A stretch of DNA of 20,674 bases from positions 1 through 20,674 of the forward strand of contig CAYLZE010000094.1 in assembly GCA_964388035.1 (NCBI GenBank), given 5' to 3'. A model generated the notes under the pieces. The model saw nothing but the letters and a program-made list of their open reading frames with translations. It did not search any database and was not told the origin of the DNA. This document shows, piece after piece, positions 19,846-20,674 of the stretch. Every line of letters begins with the position of its first letter. Positions within the stretch are counted from its first letter, which is position 1. The translations under genes were made by a program, and so were the position numbers. The DNA comes from an uncultured archaeon (lineage in GTDB: Archaea > Asgardarchaeota > Lokiarchaeia > Sigyniarchaeales > SOKP01).

Positions 19846-20463
19846 TTATAAAATTATATTCTTAACTGTATGAACTTTATTAAAATTTATGACCTTAACT
19901 TCCATTTCCCTTAAAGATTCAACTACTTGGGAACATATGTCTTCACATATATCTTTTTGGACAAAATGTATGAATGAAACAACTTCTTTATCAATCTTTT
20001 TCGCAAAGCTAAGCATTTTTTTAACGATCCATTGGGGTCTTAATCGTAAACTGAGGAAAATCTCCTTTTCCTGTATTTCCAAATTAAGCATGTCAATCCA
20101 ATTCTTAAGACTCTGCCCCTTATACGACTCCTTGTCTTTCATCGATTTATATTCATAAATCAATTCCTCGGCTAATTCTTCTTTTTCCATGATCTCCTCA
20201 TATAAATATCCCATTGCAAATTCGGGAATATCTACTTGATAATAAGGAATCTTGGCGTTAATCAATGTCTTTGCGAATTCATTATTGGTAAAGGTTTTCA
20301 TGTTGACATCAAAATCCACCGTGACGAAATCAATGTGTCTCTCGGCTAAAAATTTCTTTAACTCTTTGACATTGATTTCTTGTAGATCTTTGGAATCTTG
20401 TTTCGAAAAGATATACGCAATGACTTTTTTATTTTCTAAGGGCTTTAATTCTAAAACTTCCAT
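19846..20463 (-). CDS. Hypothetical protein, paralogue of 19073-19828 lacking its putative catalytic His residues
   Basis: Shares VLELKPL, PxxxxDIxExAxGYL and RxxW motifs with the downstream ORF. Start moved from TTG 20514 to ATG 20463 because GAGGTG precedes that ATG and the TATA-like box is at about 20536-20543. Confidence 0.7.
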   Translation of the reverse strand: MEVLELKPLENKKVIAYIFSKQDSKDLQEINVKELKKFLAERHIDFVTVDFDVNMKTFTNNEFAKTLINAKIPYYQVDIPEFAMGYLYEEIMEKEELAEELIYEYKSMKDKESYKGQSLKNWIDMLNLEIQEKEIFLSLRLRPQWIVKKMLSFAKKIDKEVVSFIHFVQKDICEDICSQVVESLREMEVKVINFNKVHTVKNIIL

Positions 20464-20533
20464 TTTTTTTAACACCTCAGTTTTTATACTTAATTCGTTA
20501 TTATTTATTCTCAAGATATGAAACTTTTAGCCC

Positions 20534-20592
20534 GAATAAAAAGAATTTGATAAGAAAAATGATAGTTACCTTGACTAAAAAAATTGTCAAGG
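20534..20592 (-). promoter_or_regulatory. Promoter/operator element, copy B (perfect CCTTGAC-N10-GTCAAGG palindrome)
   Basis: Perfect 7-bp inverted repeat at 20569-20575 / 20586-20592. 47/59 identical to 15383-15441. An extra AAATTGTCAA direct repeat occurs at 20611-20620. Confidence 0.72.
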
Positions 20593-20674
20593 TCAATAAT
20601 AAAAAAAGTGAAATTGTCAATAATACCCAGATTATCGATTTAAAGCATTTTCTTTTAGAAAATCAATAACATCC

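Noticed and set aside
20464-20514. TTG-initiated N-terminal extension (MRINNNELSIKTEVLKK) of the 222-aa ORF
   Set aside because: GAGGTG RBS precedes ATG 20463, homology to the paralogue begins there, and the predicted TSS is near 20510.
20569-20592. FNR/CRP box
   Set aside because: Half-sites are similar (TTGAT/ATCAA) but the FNR spacer is 4 nt, not 10, and the context is archaeal.

Overview
AT-rich archaeal window: Alba, a Sec11-type signal peptidase, Cdc48 with a C-terminal HbYX motif, GGTGA/GAGGT ribosome-binding sites and oligo-T terminators. The gene content and style suggest an Asgard (Lokiarchaeia-like) genome, which is inference. The left part (+ strand) holds a truncated M28 peptidase, a TauE-family transporter, signal peptidase I, Alba and a short alpha3-type histone with a Lys-rich N-terminus. 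The rest (- strand) holds two candidate systems. (1) A tight three-gene operon: a 1494-aa Dna2-like Fe-S PD-(D/E)xK nuclease/SF1B helicase, then Mre11/SbcD, then Rad50/SbcC with a non-canonical Cx6C hook, with no nurA/herA. (2) A cluster where three unannotated paralogues (a TraB/TIKI-like putative enzyme, a degenerate copy, and a stand-alone copy of their helical insert) flank an NAD(P)-dependent methylene-H4MPT dehydrogenase and cdc48. Two of these paralogue promoters share a 49-59 bp element with a TTGAY-N10-GTCAA palindrome next to the TATA box. A flavin disulfide reductase with an extra Cys pair and a His tail lies between the two clusters. All family calls come from motif recognition by eye; no searches were run.
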